Below, in pieces: positions 48,226-57,718 of a stretch of DNA of 64,000 nt. Within the stretch, counting starts at the first letter, position 1. The number at the start of each line of letters is the position of its first letter. The position numbers were made by a program, and so were the translations under genes. The notes below the pieces were generated by a model. It made no database searches. It had not been told where the DNA came from and saw only the letters and a list, made by a program, of their open reading frames with translations. The DNA comes from Spirochaetia bacterium (lineage in GTDB: Bacteria > Spirochaetota > Spirochaetia > CADAEX01), in assembly GCA_045606105.1 (NCBI GenBank), contig JAZURI010000010.1, forward strand, positions 83,726 to 147,725. Reading direction: 5' to 3'.

Positions 48226-50089
48226 TGCGTTTCCTTATGATATCCTGCCCGTTGTTCAGATACCAGATATCCAGTGTCTTCACCACCTCCTCGTAGCTCT
48301 GACGGGCAAAAATTCCCTGAAAAATGGCGTTGCTGGCTTTCGGAGCCCACCATTCCCATTCATTTGCGGCATCCACCATCACCACAACCACCACCTGCTC
48401 TTCCGGGTTTGTGCTTTCATACGGTCCGTATGCAGCGAACCAGGATATCCACCTGTCATCCAGACCCACCTCGCCGGTTCCTGTCTTGCCGGCAATATTT
48501 ACCGCCTTGCAGTTGAATACCGCCTTTACGGTACCCTCCTCCACAACCCGGCGCATGGCTTTCCGTACCTCCCGGAAGGTACCCTTGCTTATTTCGGACT
48601 GGTGCAGTATCCGCGGCGCATATTCCTCAACCACGGAGCCTGATACCGTATCCCTTACTGTCTTTGCGATATGGGGAACATATATGGTGCCGTCATTCAC
48701 AATCATGGCAATCAGGTTTGCAATCTGAAGGTTGGTAACCTGGGTATATCCCTGGCCGATGGACATGTTGAAGGTATCTCCTCCCACCCACGGCTCCTTT
48801 ATGTTGTTCCTTTTCCACCGGGGCGTAGGAACAAGACCTGCAACCTCGCCCGGTATATCTATTCCGGTTTTCTCACCCAGACCCATTTTTTCGGCATATT
48901 CGGCAATTTTTTCAGGTCCCAGGTAATCCTTTCCCACTTCCCAGAAGTAAACATCGCAGGAATCCCTGAGTGCCTCGGACAGGTTTACCGGCCCGTGCCC
49001 CTTTTTCTCGTGGCAGTTGAAGGTCCTGTTTCCAAGCTCTATGGAGCCTTTGCATGTTATCTTCTTTTCGGGATCTATGGCCTTTTCCTCCAGAAGCGCT
49101 GTCATCATTACAGTCTTGAAAACAGAGGCCGGTGCAGAGGTTGACTGTATAGGACGGTTCAGGAACGGATAGTTGGGATCCTTGAGCAGTCTGCCGAAAT
49201 AGGCGGAGCTGCCGTCTCCGTACAGCATGTTGGAATCGTATGACGGATAGGAAACCATGGCCAGGATCTCCCCTGTTGCCGGCTTCAGTACAAGGACGGA
49301 ACCCATTCTGTCTCCCAGGGCCTTTTCACAGAGCTCCTGTATGTGCCGGTCGATGGTAAGGACAACATTTTTTCCGGGTACCGGAGCTATGATTTCCTTC
49401 TCCTCCCTGATTCTCTTGCCCCTGGCATCCACCGTATTGTATTTCAGACCGGAGGAGCCCTTCATTACAGCTTCGTACTGCTTTTCCACCCCGGTTTTTC
49501 CTATGATGCTTGAGGCGGAATATCCCTTGTTGTAGAGAGCCAGATGCTCTTCCGTGGTAATGTTGCCCACATATCCGATGATATGGGAGAGGGATTTTGT
49601 ATGATTGTAGCTTCTGATAGGCTTGCTGTTCCAGACAATGCCGGGAAAGTCCTCTATCCGGACCGCAATTTCCGAAATCTCTGCCAGGGATACATTGTCC
49701 TTCAGCGGTGTAGGCTGGTACAGATCTGCGGACGGAACCTTCTTCATGAGCTCGCTGCTGTCAGTTTTAAGGATAAGGGCAAGATTGCCGATTATTTCCG
49801 GCAGCCTTTCCCGGTCGGTCTCCATGGTTACTATGGAAATTTCAAAGGAATCCACATTGGTGGCCAGCGGAATATCATAGTTCCTGTCGTATATTTCACC
49901 CCTGAAGACCGGAATCTCCGAGGTCCTTCTGGAAACGGCCCAGGATCTCTCGCTGTATTCCAGCCATCGCGTTATCTGCATGGAGAAAAGATAGCAGGCA
50001 TATACGACAAAAACCACGGTTATGCAGACTGCCGCAAAGAGGACCCGTTCTCTTTTTATCCCGTCATTTCCGAAAATGTTCCCGCTCAT
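48218..50089 (-). CDS. mrdA: Penicillin-binding protein 2
   Basis: RGEIYDR, SxxK (SVFK), SCD, KTGT. Confidence 0.93.
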   Translation of the reverse strand: MSGNIFGNDGIKRERVLFAAVCITVVFVVYACYLFSMQITRWLEYSERSWAVSRRTSEIPVFRGEIYDRNYDIPLATNVDSFEISIVTMETDRERLPEIIGNLALILKTDSSELMKKVPSADLYQPTPLKDNVSLAEISEIAVRIEDFPGIVWNSKPIRSYNHTKSLSHIIGYVGNITTEEHLALYNKGYSASSIIGKTGVEKQYEAVMKGSSGLKYNTVDARGKRIREEKEIIAPVPGKNVVLTIDRHIQELCEKALGDRMGSVLVLKPATGEILAMVSYPSYDSNMLYGDGSSAYFGRLLKDPNYPFLNRPIQSTSAPASVFKTVMMTALLEEKAIDPEKKITCKGSIELGNRTFNCHEKKGHGPVNLSEALRDSCDVYFWEVGKDYLGPEKIAEYAEKMGLGEKTGIDIPGEVAGLVPTPRWKRNNIKEPWVGGDTFNMSIGQGYTQVTNLQIANLIAMIVNDGTIYVPHIAKTVRDTVSGSVVEEYAPRILHQSEISKGTFREVRKAMRRVVEEGTVKAVFNCKAVNIAGKTGTGEVGLDDRWISWFAAYGPYESTNPEEQVVVVVMVDAANEWEWWAPKASNAIFQGIFARQSYEEVVKTLDIWYLNNGQDIIRKRNE

Positions 50090-50601
50090 TTCTGATTTCC
50101 CCAGATATCTCCCGGAATAAGCCTGAAAAGCTTCATGAAATGGAAAACAGGAGGAGCAAGGAGGGAGTTGATGACGATTTCAAAAAGGAATGTTCTTGTA
50201 AATACGGGAACCGAGGAACCCGGCTCGAAGAACATGAGATTGATGAAGGATGCCAGCAGCCCCTTGAATACGGTTATTATGAGAATGAAGATCAGCGGAA
50301 ATATTACCGGGTCAAAGATGATCTTGTTCCGGAGGGAGCCGGAGAAAAATCCCAGCACTGTCTTTATCATTGCATTGAAGCCCGGCGGCGATACCGAAAG
50401 GAAGTCTTCGGCCAGTCCCATGGAGAAGCCCAGGAGCTGTCCCTGCATCATTCCGTTCCTTACCGCATAGAAGGAGGTGACAATAAGTGCCAGGTCGGGA
50501 ATTACCATATCCACGGAAAAAAGCCTGACCAGGGTACTCTGGTATACCACCAGAAACAGGGAGACGGCGGCTGTTATGAAAAAATTTCTGTTACTTTTCA
50601 T
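50086..50601 (-). CDS. mreD: Rod shape protein MreD
   Basis: Hydrophobic 171 aa, PDL motif, position in mre operon. Confidence 0.85.
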   Translation of the reverse strand: MKSNRNFFITAAVSLFLVVYQSTLVRLFSVDMVIPDLALIVTSFYAVRNGMMQGQLLGFSMGLAEDFLSVSPPGFNAMIKTVLGFFSGSLRNKIIFDPVIFPLIFILIITVFKGLLASFINLMFFEPGSSVPVFTRTFLFEIVINSLLAPPVFHFMKLFRLIPGDIWGNQK

Positions 50602-51457
50602 CCTGCTTCTCCCCCTTTGTCAGGACAAAGACATATTCCAGCCTGGCAAAATCCACGAAAGGCTCCAGCTCCAGCATCAGGGAGGTTTCGTACTCCTTGC
50701 TGCTTATGCTTTTTACCTTGCCGATATAAATATCTTCGGGATAGGAGCCGTTGAGACCTGAGGTTACTACCACATCCTCGTATCCGACCCTTCCGCCGGC
50801 CCCTTTCTTTACATAATTCATGAAAACCGTATCATCGTCGGCAGTCCTGTTTCCGTTGACCAGCCCCTGGTAACGGAGATCCCTGAGACGACCCGGAACA
50901 TAGAGGCTGTAGTCTGTTATCGGTTTTACCACGGAGGAGAAGGTACCTGTTTCCACCACCTTTCCCACCAGGGCTCTTATACCGCCTGCATAGGCAATCA
51001 CAGCCATGTTCTTTTCTATGCCGCTGCTGCTTCCGCGGTTTATGACCAGACTTTTGAAGAAGTTGTTGGTGTTGCCTCCGATTACGGTGGCTGAAATCAT
51101 TTTCCCTTCTGCTTCCTCCAGGTAGCCCAGCTGTTTTTTAAGCTCCGTGTTTTCCCGCTCCAGGGCAGCATAGTTCTTTTCCATGTAGCTGTATTCGGAA
51201 ACCCGGTCCAGAAGGGCGCTGTATTCCTTCTTTACATTCCTGAGCTCTGAAATGGAGTTGATGGTGCCCGATATGAACCGACCCGTGCCGGTGATTCCCC
51301 GCTGGCATACGGAAAGGAAATCCAGACCTGCCTTTTTAGGTCTGAAGGAGACATTCTCCCCGCCGGCAAAGAGCAGCAGCCCTATGCTCAGGGAGATAAG
51401 AATGAGAAAAGCTGTCAGTTCCCTGATATGCTTCCTTAAAGGCTGAAACTTCAACAT
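50591..51457 (-). CDS. mreC: Rod shape protein MreC
   Basis: TM plus coiled coil (ENTELK), INRG, LVGKV, VTSG, YPEDIYIG. Confidence 0.92.
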   Translation of the reverse strand: MLKFQPLRKHIRELTAFLILISLSIGLLLFAGGENVSFRPKKAGLDFLSVCQRGITGTGRFISGTINSISELRNVKKEYSALLDRVSEYSYMEKNYAALERENTELKKQLGYLEEAEGKMISATVIGGNTNNFFKSLVINRGSSSGIEKNMAVIAYAGGIRALVGKVVETGTFSSVVKPITDYSLYVPGRLRDLRYQGLVNGNRTADDDTVFMNYVKKGAGGRVGYEDVVVTSGLNGSYPEDIYIGKVKSISSKEYETSLMLELEPFVDFARLEYVFVLTKGEKQDEK

Positions 51458-51469
51458 TGCGGAAATGGA

Positions 51470-52498
51470 TCAGGAGAGCGATTTGCTCTGTTTTCTGTAA
51501 ACATTGCCCCTCATGTGGTCATAATATTTTCCGGCTCCCATGGCCACGCAGAGAAGAGGCTCCTCCGCCACGAAAACAGGAACACCGATTTCCTCTTCGA
51601 TAAGGGAATCCAGACCTTTGAGAAGAGCACCGCCGCCTGTAAGGATAATTCCCCTTTCGATGATGTCGGAGTTGAGCTCCGGCGGGGTTTCCGCAAGGGT
51701 GTTCTTGAGAGTGATGATAATGGATCTGACAGGATCCCGGAGAGAGTCCCTGATTTCAAGGGAATCCACCTCGATTCTTCTCGGAAGGCCGGTAATGGCA
51801 TCTGTTCCGCCGATTTCCATTTTCTCCACGGTGTTTGTGCTGTTGTATGCACTGCCGATCCTGATCTTGATCCTTTCGGCTGCCTGTGAACCGATGATCA
51901 TGTTATGTACGGTTTTGATGTGCTTTACGATGGAATCGTCGAATTCATCCCCGCCGATCCTGATGGAGTTGGTAACAACGATACCGCTCATGGAGATTAC
52001 TGAAACCTCGGTGGTTCCTCCTCCGATGTCACATATCATGTTTCCTGCCGGCTCCTGGATAGGAATATCGGCACCGATGGCTGCAGCCAGGGATTCCTCG
52101 ATTACCTTTACATCCCTTGCTCCTGCCTTGTAGGCGCATTCCTCCACGGCTCTCCTTTCCACCTCTGTGATGCAGCTGGGTATTCCGATGACCATTCTTG
52201 GCTTTACCAGCCATTTTCTCGGAAGCACCATGGCTATGAAGTGACGGATCATCTTCTCGGTGGTTTCTATATCTGCAATTACACCGTCCCTGAGCGGGCG
52301 GATTGCAACAATATCCTCAGGAGTCCTGAGAAGCATGTTCTTTGCTTCCCGTCCTACGGAGATTACTTTCTTAGTACTTTTTTCTATGGCAACAACGGAA
52401 GGCTCGTTGATAACAAGCCCTTTCCCTTTTATATAAACAAGTGTGTTACAGGTTCCAAGGTCCATTCCAATGTCTGTTGAAAACATATTTCCGAACAT
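51470..52498 (-). CDS. mreB: Actin-like MreB
   Basis: [38 protein letters not shown]. Confidence 0.96.
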   Translation of the reverse strand: MFGNMFSTDIGMDLGTCNTLVYIKGKGLVINEPSVVAIEKSTKKVISVGREAKNMLLRTPEDIVAIRPLRDGVIADIETTEKMIRHFIAMVLPRKWLVKPRMVIGIPSCITEVERRAVEECAYKAGARDVKVIEESLAAAIGADIPIQEPAGNMICDIGGGTTEVSVISMSGIVVTNSIRIGGDEFDDSIVKHIKTVHNMIIGSQAAERIKIRIGSAYNSTNTVEKMEIGGTDAITGLPRRIEVDSLEIRDSLRDPVRSIIITLKNTLAETPPELNSDIIERGIILTGGGALLKGLDSLIEEEIGVPVFVAEEPLLCVAMGAGKYYDHMRGNVYRKQSKSLS

Positions 52499-52633
52499 AT
52501 AAATACCTCTCTATGATATATTATAAGTGAAAATATTTATTATGTAAATGAAAAATCCCCAAAATATCTCTACTTGACAAAATCGACAGTGCAAAGGTAC
52601 GATTTGAATAAGAAACAAACAAGGGGTGGGAAA

Positions 52634-53152
52634 ATGGGATTCATAAAAGATTTCAAGGCATTCATTTCCAGAGGAAATGTGGTTGATATGGCAGTCGGCG
52701 TTGTAGTCGGCGGTGCTTTCAGTAAAATAGTGTCCTCTCTGGTGGCAGATCTGGTGACTCCGCTTATCAGTCTGGCGACAAAAGGGGTCAATCTCCGGGA
52801 GGCATATCTGTGCCTCAATCCTGAAGCAGTGGCAGGGCAGGCTTTTGATTACCAGCTTTTTCCCACAATCGCAAAGGCAAGGGAGGCAGGCTACGCAACC
52901 CTTAACTACGGTATGTTTTTCCAGAACATCATTGATTTCATAATCATAGCTTTCTGTATTTTCTGCGTTATCAGGGCAATTTCCAGAGGCCGGGAGCTGA
53001 TGGAGGCAAAGAAGAAGGCTGAAGAGGCTGCCGCCAAGGCTGCGGAAGAGGCCGCAAAAGCTGCTGCGGAAGCTGCAAAGGCTGCCGAACCTCCTGCAGA
53101 GACAGTGGAAAGCATCCTTAAGGATATAAGGGCAGCCCTTCAGAAAAAGTAA
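52634..53152 (+). CDS. mscL: Large-conductance mechanosensitive channel
   Basis: FIKDFKAFISRGNVVDMAVGVVVGGAF, YG.F...IIDF, LKDIR; start moved to ATG 52634. Confidence 0.93.
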   Translation: MGFIKDFKAFISRGNVVDMAVGVVVGGAFSKIVSSLVADLVTPLISLATKGVNLREAYLCLNPEAVAGQAFDYQLFPTIAKAREAGYATLNYGMFFQNIIDFIIIAFCIFCVIRAISRGRELMEAKKKAEEAAAKAAEEAAKAAAEAAKAAEPPAETVESILKDIRAALQKK

Positions 53153-53255
53153 TAAAAACACTTGACAGGAAAATTGGGTCGGAGGCTCTGAAAACAGGGA
53201 TTTCCGGGGGTATTTTGACATTAAAGAACAAAAAAAAGTTTTTTTCGTAAAAGTC

Positions 53256-53284
53256 TTGCCCCCGACTTCCATTTTGTATAAAGT
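53256..53284 (+). promoter_or_regulatory. Putative sigma70 promoter of dat-ddc-WYL
   Basis: TTGCCC-17 bp-TAAAGT; predicts TSS near 53291. Confidence 0.5.
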
Positions 53285-53301
53285 AAGGTCTTACAACTAC
53301 A

Positions 53302-53384
53302 ATTACTGCCGTTGACAGAGATAAAAGGGCTTATGCCCCAGTTGGAAAATCCCAAGCGCAGCTTGAGTGCTGCATGTAATGGAG
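53302..53384 (+). ncRNA. Candidate structured cis-regulatory 5' leader of dat
   Basis: ATTAC/GTAAT closing stem enclosing hairpins GGGC-TTAT-GCCC, TTGG-AAAATC-CCAA and GCAGC-TTGAGT-GCTGC; ends next to the GGAG RBS. Confidence 0.55.
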
Positions 53385-53391
53385 AACGTCG

Positions 53392-54741
53392 ATGCTTGAA
53401 GAAAAGGGCACCAATCAGTATTACATTACCAGACAGGATTCCACAGAATCTAACGCCCGGAGCTATCCACGCAAATTCCCTTTTGCAATAGCTAAAGCAA
53501 AAGGCTCCTGGGTTGAGGACGTAGAAGGGAACAAATATCTGGATTTTTTGTGCGGAGCGGGAACTCTTGCACTCGGTCACAATGACCCGGAAGTAAACCA
53601 GGCAATGGTTGAAATGCTCACATCTGATGCACCTTTGCATACACTGGATTTAATGACACCTAACAAAGAAGAATTCGTACGTACAGTACTTTCTCTCCTT
53701 CCGCCGGAACTGGCAGAAAACGCCAGGATTCAGTTCTGCAGTCCGTCGGGTACCGACGCCACAGATGCAGCCCTGAAGCTCTGCAAGACAGCTACCGGAA
53801 GATCTTCGGTCATTGCTTTTCAGGGTGGATATCACGGAATGGGACACGGAGCCATGGCCTGTACCGGAAATCTTCATGCCAAGGAAAAGGTACACGGACT
53901 CATGCCTGATGTGCATTTCTTTCCGTATCCATACTCTTACCGCTGTCCTTTCGGGCTGGGGGGAGAAGCCGGAATTGATGCTGCCTGCAATTATTTCGAA
54001 AGGGTTCTCAAGGATCCTGAAAGCGGTATAACAAAACCTGCTGCCGTTATTCTTGAGCCTATCCAGGGAGAGGGAGGAGTAATTCCTGCCCCTGTAAAGT
54101 TCCTTCAGACAATAAGACGGGTAACCAGGGAACTGGATATTCCGATGATTGTTGATGAGATCCAGTGCGGAATCGGAAGATCGGGCAGGCTTTTTGCTTT
54201 CGAATATGCCGATATAGTACCGGATGTGATTCTTACTTCAAAGGCATTGGGCGGTTCACAGCCACTTTCCATCGTTATCTATAACAAGAAGCTTGATAAA
54301 TGGGAGCCGGGAACCCATGCGGGTACCTTCAGGGGCAACCAGCTGGCAATGAGAGCCGGAACAGTGGTTCTCAATCGTGTTTCACAGCCTGAATTCCTTG
54401 CCGATGTGGTCAGAAAGGGAAAGATCATCGAGGAAAGACTCAGGGCCCTCAAGGAAAAGGTTTCCATTATCGGCGATATCAGGGCAAAAGGTCTCATGAT
54501 CGGAACCGAATTCATAAATCCTAACGAAAAACCGGATCATATGGGAGCATATCCCCCTTGCGGTGCCATTGCAGCCAAGGTTCAGAAGCGTTGCTTTCAA
54601 AACAGGCTTATTCTGGAAAGGGGAGGCCGCGACGGAGCTGTCATGCGCTGTCTCTGTGCCCTCAATGTTTCAGACGATGAAGTGCTCAAGGCAATGGAAA
54701 TATTTGAAGAAGCTGTTCTTGCAGCAGATGCGGAGACATGA
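53392..54741 (+). CDS. dat: Diaminobutyrate--2-oxoglutarate aminotransferase
   Basis: ESNARSYPRKFP, LALGHN, YHGM, EPIQGEGG, DEIQ, SKA, HAGTFRGNQLA. Confidence 0.92.
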   Translation: MLEEKGTNQYYITRQDSTESNARSYPRKFPFAIAKAKGSWVEDVEGNKYLDFLCGAGTLALGHNDPEVNQAMVEMLTSDAPLHTLDLMTPNKEEFVRTVLSLLPPELAENARIQFCSPSGTDATDAALKLCKTATGRSSVIAFQGGYHGMGHGAMACTGNLHAKEKVHGLMPDVHFFPYPYSYRCPFGLGGEAGIDAACNYFERVLKDPESGITKPAAVILEPIQGEGGVIPAPVKFLQTIRRVTRELDIPMIVDEIQCGIGRSGRLFAFEYADIVPDVILTSKALGGSQPLSIVIYNKKLDKWEPGTHAGTFRGNQLAMRAGTVVLNRVSQPEFLADVVRKGKIIEERLRALKEKVSIIGDIRAKGLMIGTEFINPNEKPDHMGAYPPCGAIAAKVQKRCFQNRLILERGGRDGAVMRCLCALNVSDDEVLKAMEIFEEAVLAADAET

Positions 54742-56186
54742 AAAATATTTTTCTTACAGATTCTGAAAGTTCAAAAAAAGAGTATAAGGAGGTCATGGGT
54801 CAAACCGTGGCCTCTGTTGTTGATGTGTTCTCGGACGGAAAGGCATATTCGGGTCCTACTCCGGAGGAGCTTCACGACATAGTTCACCAGGATACCATTC
54901 TTCCCGAAAAGGGGCTGGGCTGGGATGTTACCTTCGAAAAGCTGAAAAAGCAGATTCTCCCGAACCTGCTGAGAACTCCTTCCTCCGATTACATGGCTCA
55001 CCTTCACGGTCCGTCACTTTTGGAAACCATTGCGGCGGAGGTGGTTATCTCCACCTTCAACCAGTCCATGGACTCCTGGGATCAGTCTCCCGTAGCTACA
55101 GAGGTTGAGGTTGAGGTTACCGATTATCTCTGCCGGCTCTACGGATACGATGAAAAAGGGGACGGTATCTTTACCTCCGGCGGTTCCCAGTCCAACCAGA
55201 CTGCCATTATCCTGGCCCGGGACTGGTTCTGCAATGAGATTCTTCATCACGATGTGAAAAAATACGGACTTCCCGAAAACTTCAGGAAGCTCAGGATGTA
55301 TACATCGGAGATTTCCCATTTCTCCATGGAAAAAAGTGCCCATGTACTGGGACTCGGCTACGAATCGGTAGTCAAGGTTCCGGTGGACAGTAAAAAAAGA
55401 ATGGATACCGCAGCTCTCAGACGGCTGGTGGAAGAGGATATAGAGAAGGGGAATATTCCGTTCCTGATCGTGGCTACCGTAGGTACCACCGATTTCGGAA
55501 GCATAGATCCTCTCAGCGAGCTTCATGAGATAGCAAAGGCCCATGACATGTGGCTCCATGCAGACGGCGCCTACGGAAGCGGAGTAATCATGTCCTCCAG
55601 GTACGGAAGCCGTGTTGACGGTTTCAGGCTCTGCGATTCCATAACCGTGGATTTCCATAAGATGTTCCTGATGCCTATAAGCTGCAGTGCGGTTCTGGTA
55701 AAGGATGGCTCCGTATTTGAGGCCCTGACTATCCATGCCGATTATCTGAACAGGACAGAGGATGAAGAGGACGGATATGTGAACCTTGTGGACAAGTCCC
55801 TGCAGACAACAAGACGCTTCGATGCACTGAAGGTATGGATTTCCTTCCAGATGAGAGGAAAGGATGGCTGGAGCAGGCTTATTGATACAAGCATGGAGAA
55901 TGCAGCCTATCTTTACGGCAGGCTGAAGGAAAGCAGCGATTTCCATGTGGTTACCGAACCGGAAATCAGTTCCGTGGTTTTCAGGTATATCGGCGACGGC
56001 AGCGAAAACTGCGACGAAATAAACAAGAAGGTCAGAAGAGCCCTGATACATAAGCACGGAGTGGTTATCGGTCAGACAGTGAGCGACGGTCATGTATGCC
56101 TCAAGTTCACATTGCTGAATCCTCTTATCACCCATGAGAAGCTGGACTCCCTGACAGAGCTTATAAGAACTCTGGCAAAAGCATGA
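54738..56186 (+). CDS. ddc: L-2,4-diaminobutyrate decarboxylase (group II PLP decarboxylase)
   Basis: YMAHLH, NQSMDSWDQSP, GTTDFGSID, DFHK, KSLQTTRRFDALK, LKFTLLNP; ATGA overlap with dat. Confidence 0.92.
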   Translation: MKNIFLTDSESSKKEYKEVMGQTVASVVDVFSDGKAYSGPTPEELHDIVHQDTILPEKGLGWDVTFEKLKKQILPNLLRTPSSDYMAHLHGPSLLETIAAEVVISTFNQSMDSWDQSPVATEVEVEVTDYLCRLYGYDEKGDGIFTSGGSQSNQTAIILARDWFCNEILHHDVKKYGLPENFRKLRMYTSEISHFSMEKSAHVLGLGYESVVKVPVDSKKRMDTAALRRLVEEDIEKGNIPFLIVATVGTTDFGSIDPLSELHEIAKAHDMWLHADGAYGSGVIMSSRYGSRVDGFRLCDSITVDFHKMFLMPISCSAVLVKDGSVFEALTIHADYLNRTEDEEDGYVNLVDKSLQTTRRFDALKVWISFQMRGKDGWSRLIDTSMENAAYLYGRLKESSDFHVVTEPEISSVVFRYIGDGSENCDEINKKVRRALIHKHGVVIGQTVSDGHVCLKFTLLNPLITHEKLDSLTELIRTLAKA

Positions 56187-57148
56187 AGAAGCAAAGGGAA
56201 GATAAGGTCAAATCCTTACGACTGCTGGAAATAGACCGGATAATCCGGGAGGGTAAATACCCTAACGCCACCAAGCTGTGCAGGATATTCGAGGTATCCA
56301 GAAGCACAGTCATGAGGGATCTGGATTTTCTCAGGGACCGCTACAATGCCCCTCTGGAATATGACCAGGAGCGGAACGGTTATTACTATTCCGACCCTAC
56401 CTTTTTCATAAAAAGCGTAATGCTTTCCGAAGGGGAGCTTTTTACCGTATCGGTAATGATGCCTCTTCTCGAACAGTACCGCAACACACCTCTCGAAGGC
56501 TCCTTCAAGAGCATTGTCGACAAGATTACAGCCATGCTCCCCGAGGAGGTTTCGGTAAATTCCGGCTTTGCGGCCAAGGATATCGACTTTATCACCGGCC
56601 CTCTGCCAAAAATAGAGGAGGAGGTTTTCAACAACACCTTCCAGGCGGTAAAGACCCGTACCTCCATGGAATTTTCATATCATTCATGTACCAGAAAGGT
56701 GGACCCCTACCATGTTCTCTGTCACAAGGGAGGCTGGTATGTGCTCGGTTACTGTCATGCAAAATGTGATATCAGGGTCTTTTCCCTGGCCAGAATGACA
56801 AATACACGCTGTACCAAGGAATTCTTCAGCATGCCGGAGAATTTCAACGTGAAGGATTATGTGGACCTTTCTTTCGGTATCTGGAACAATCCCGGCAGCG
56901 AACAGAAATATGAACTGGAATTCTGCAGCTCCCTGGCTACCCTGGTTTCGGAACGGATATGGCATGCCACCCAGGAGCTGGAGCATCTTGAAAACGGTTG
57001 TGTAAGACTTTCCTTTGTTTCCAACCAGCCTGAAGAAATCCTTTTCTGGGTGCTGGGCTTCGGCGGAGGAGTAAAGGTTATCAATCCCCCTGAGCTGGCT
57101 GAAAGAGTCAGACAGGAGGCTGAAAAAATACTGAAAAAATACAGCTGA
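56183..57148 (+). CDS. wHTH-WYL-WCX transcriptional regulator (PafC/YafY-like)
   Basis: HTH EVSRSTVMRDLDFLR, VDPY..WYVLG..RVFSLARM, C-terminal WVLGFG..VKVINPPEL; ATGA overlap with ddc. Confidence 0.9.
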   Translation: MKKQREDKVKSLRLLEIDRIIREGKYPNATKLCRIFEVSRSTVMRDLDFLRDRYNAPLEYDQERNGYYYSDPTFFIKSVMLSEGELFTVSVMMPLLEQYRNTPLEGSFKSIVDKITAMLPEEVSVNSGFAAKDIDFITGPLPKIEEEVFNNTFQAVKTRTSMEFSYHSCTRKVDPYHVLCHKGGWYVLGYCHAKCDIRVFSLARMTNTRCTKEFFSMPENFNVKDYVDLSFGIWNNPGSEQKYELEFCSSLATLVSERIWHATQELEHLENGCVRLSFVSNQPEEILFWVLGFGGGVKVINPPELAERVRQEAEKILKKYS

Positions 57149-57718
57149 TCAGAATCTGCCCGGACGGTTAAGCAGATTAAGGAATTCTTCCCTGGTGGAG
57201 AGATTCTTCCTGAAGGAGCCCAGCACGGAAGAGGTGGTCATCAGTGAGTTCTGCTTTTCCACGCCCCTCATCATCATGCACAGATGCTGGCATTCCATTA
57301 CCACACCCACACCCTCTGCATCCACGGCTTTCTTGATTTCTTCCGCTATCTGGACTGTCAGCCTTTCCTGTATCTGCAGCCTTCTGGCATACATGTCCAC
57401 AATCCTGGCAATCTTGCTTACCCCCAGAACTTTGTCCTTGGCAATGTAGCCCACGTGGCATCTGCCGAAGAACGGAAGCATATGATGCTCGCACATGCTG
57501 TAGACCTCAATATCCTTAAGGATGATCATGTTGTTGGCCTCTGATGAAAAAACCGCATTGTTTATGATTTCCTCGGGATCCTGACGGTAGCCCTTGGTAA
57601 GGAATTCCATGGCTTTGGCATAGCGCTCGGGTGTCTTGATAAGCCCTTCCCTGTCCGGATCCTCTCCGATCTCAATAAGAAGTTCCCTGATCAGCTCTTC
57701 AACTCTCTGACGGTTCAT
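57149..57718 (-). CDS. folE: GTP cyclohydrolase I
   Basis: [32 protein letters not shown]; start moved to ATG 57718 (GGAGG RBS). Confidence 0.95.
   Translation of the reverse strand: MNRQRVEELIRELLIEIGEDPDREGLIKTPERYAKAMEFLTKGYRQDPEEIINNAVFSSEANNMIILKDIEVYSMCEHHMLPFFGRCHVGYIAKDKVLGVSKIARIVDMYARRLQIQERLTVQIAEEIKKAVDAEGVGVVMECQHLCMMMRGVEKQNSLMTTSSVLGSFRKNLSTREEFLNLLNRPGRF

Noticed and set aside
52511-53272. 253-aa minus-strand ORF upstream of mreB
   Set aside because: Antisense to mscL and spans the divergent promoter region
53333-53491. 52-codon uORF (MPQLENPKRS...) overlapping the dat start out of frame, as a possible polyamine-sensing leader peptide
   Set aside because: Poorly spaced RBS, start buried in a hairpin, no recognisable arrest motif; not fully excluded without Ribo-seq
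53392-54741. ectB / ectoine or siderophore cluster
   Set aside because: No ectA/ectC or IucA/IucC genes; the partner is a DABA decarboxylase
55014-56135. 373-aa minus-strand ORF
   Set aside because: Antisense shadow of ddc; explained by codon bias
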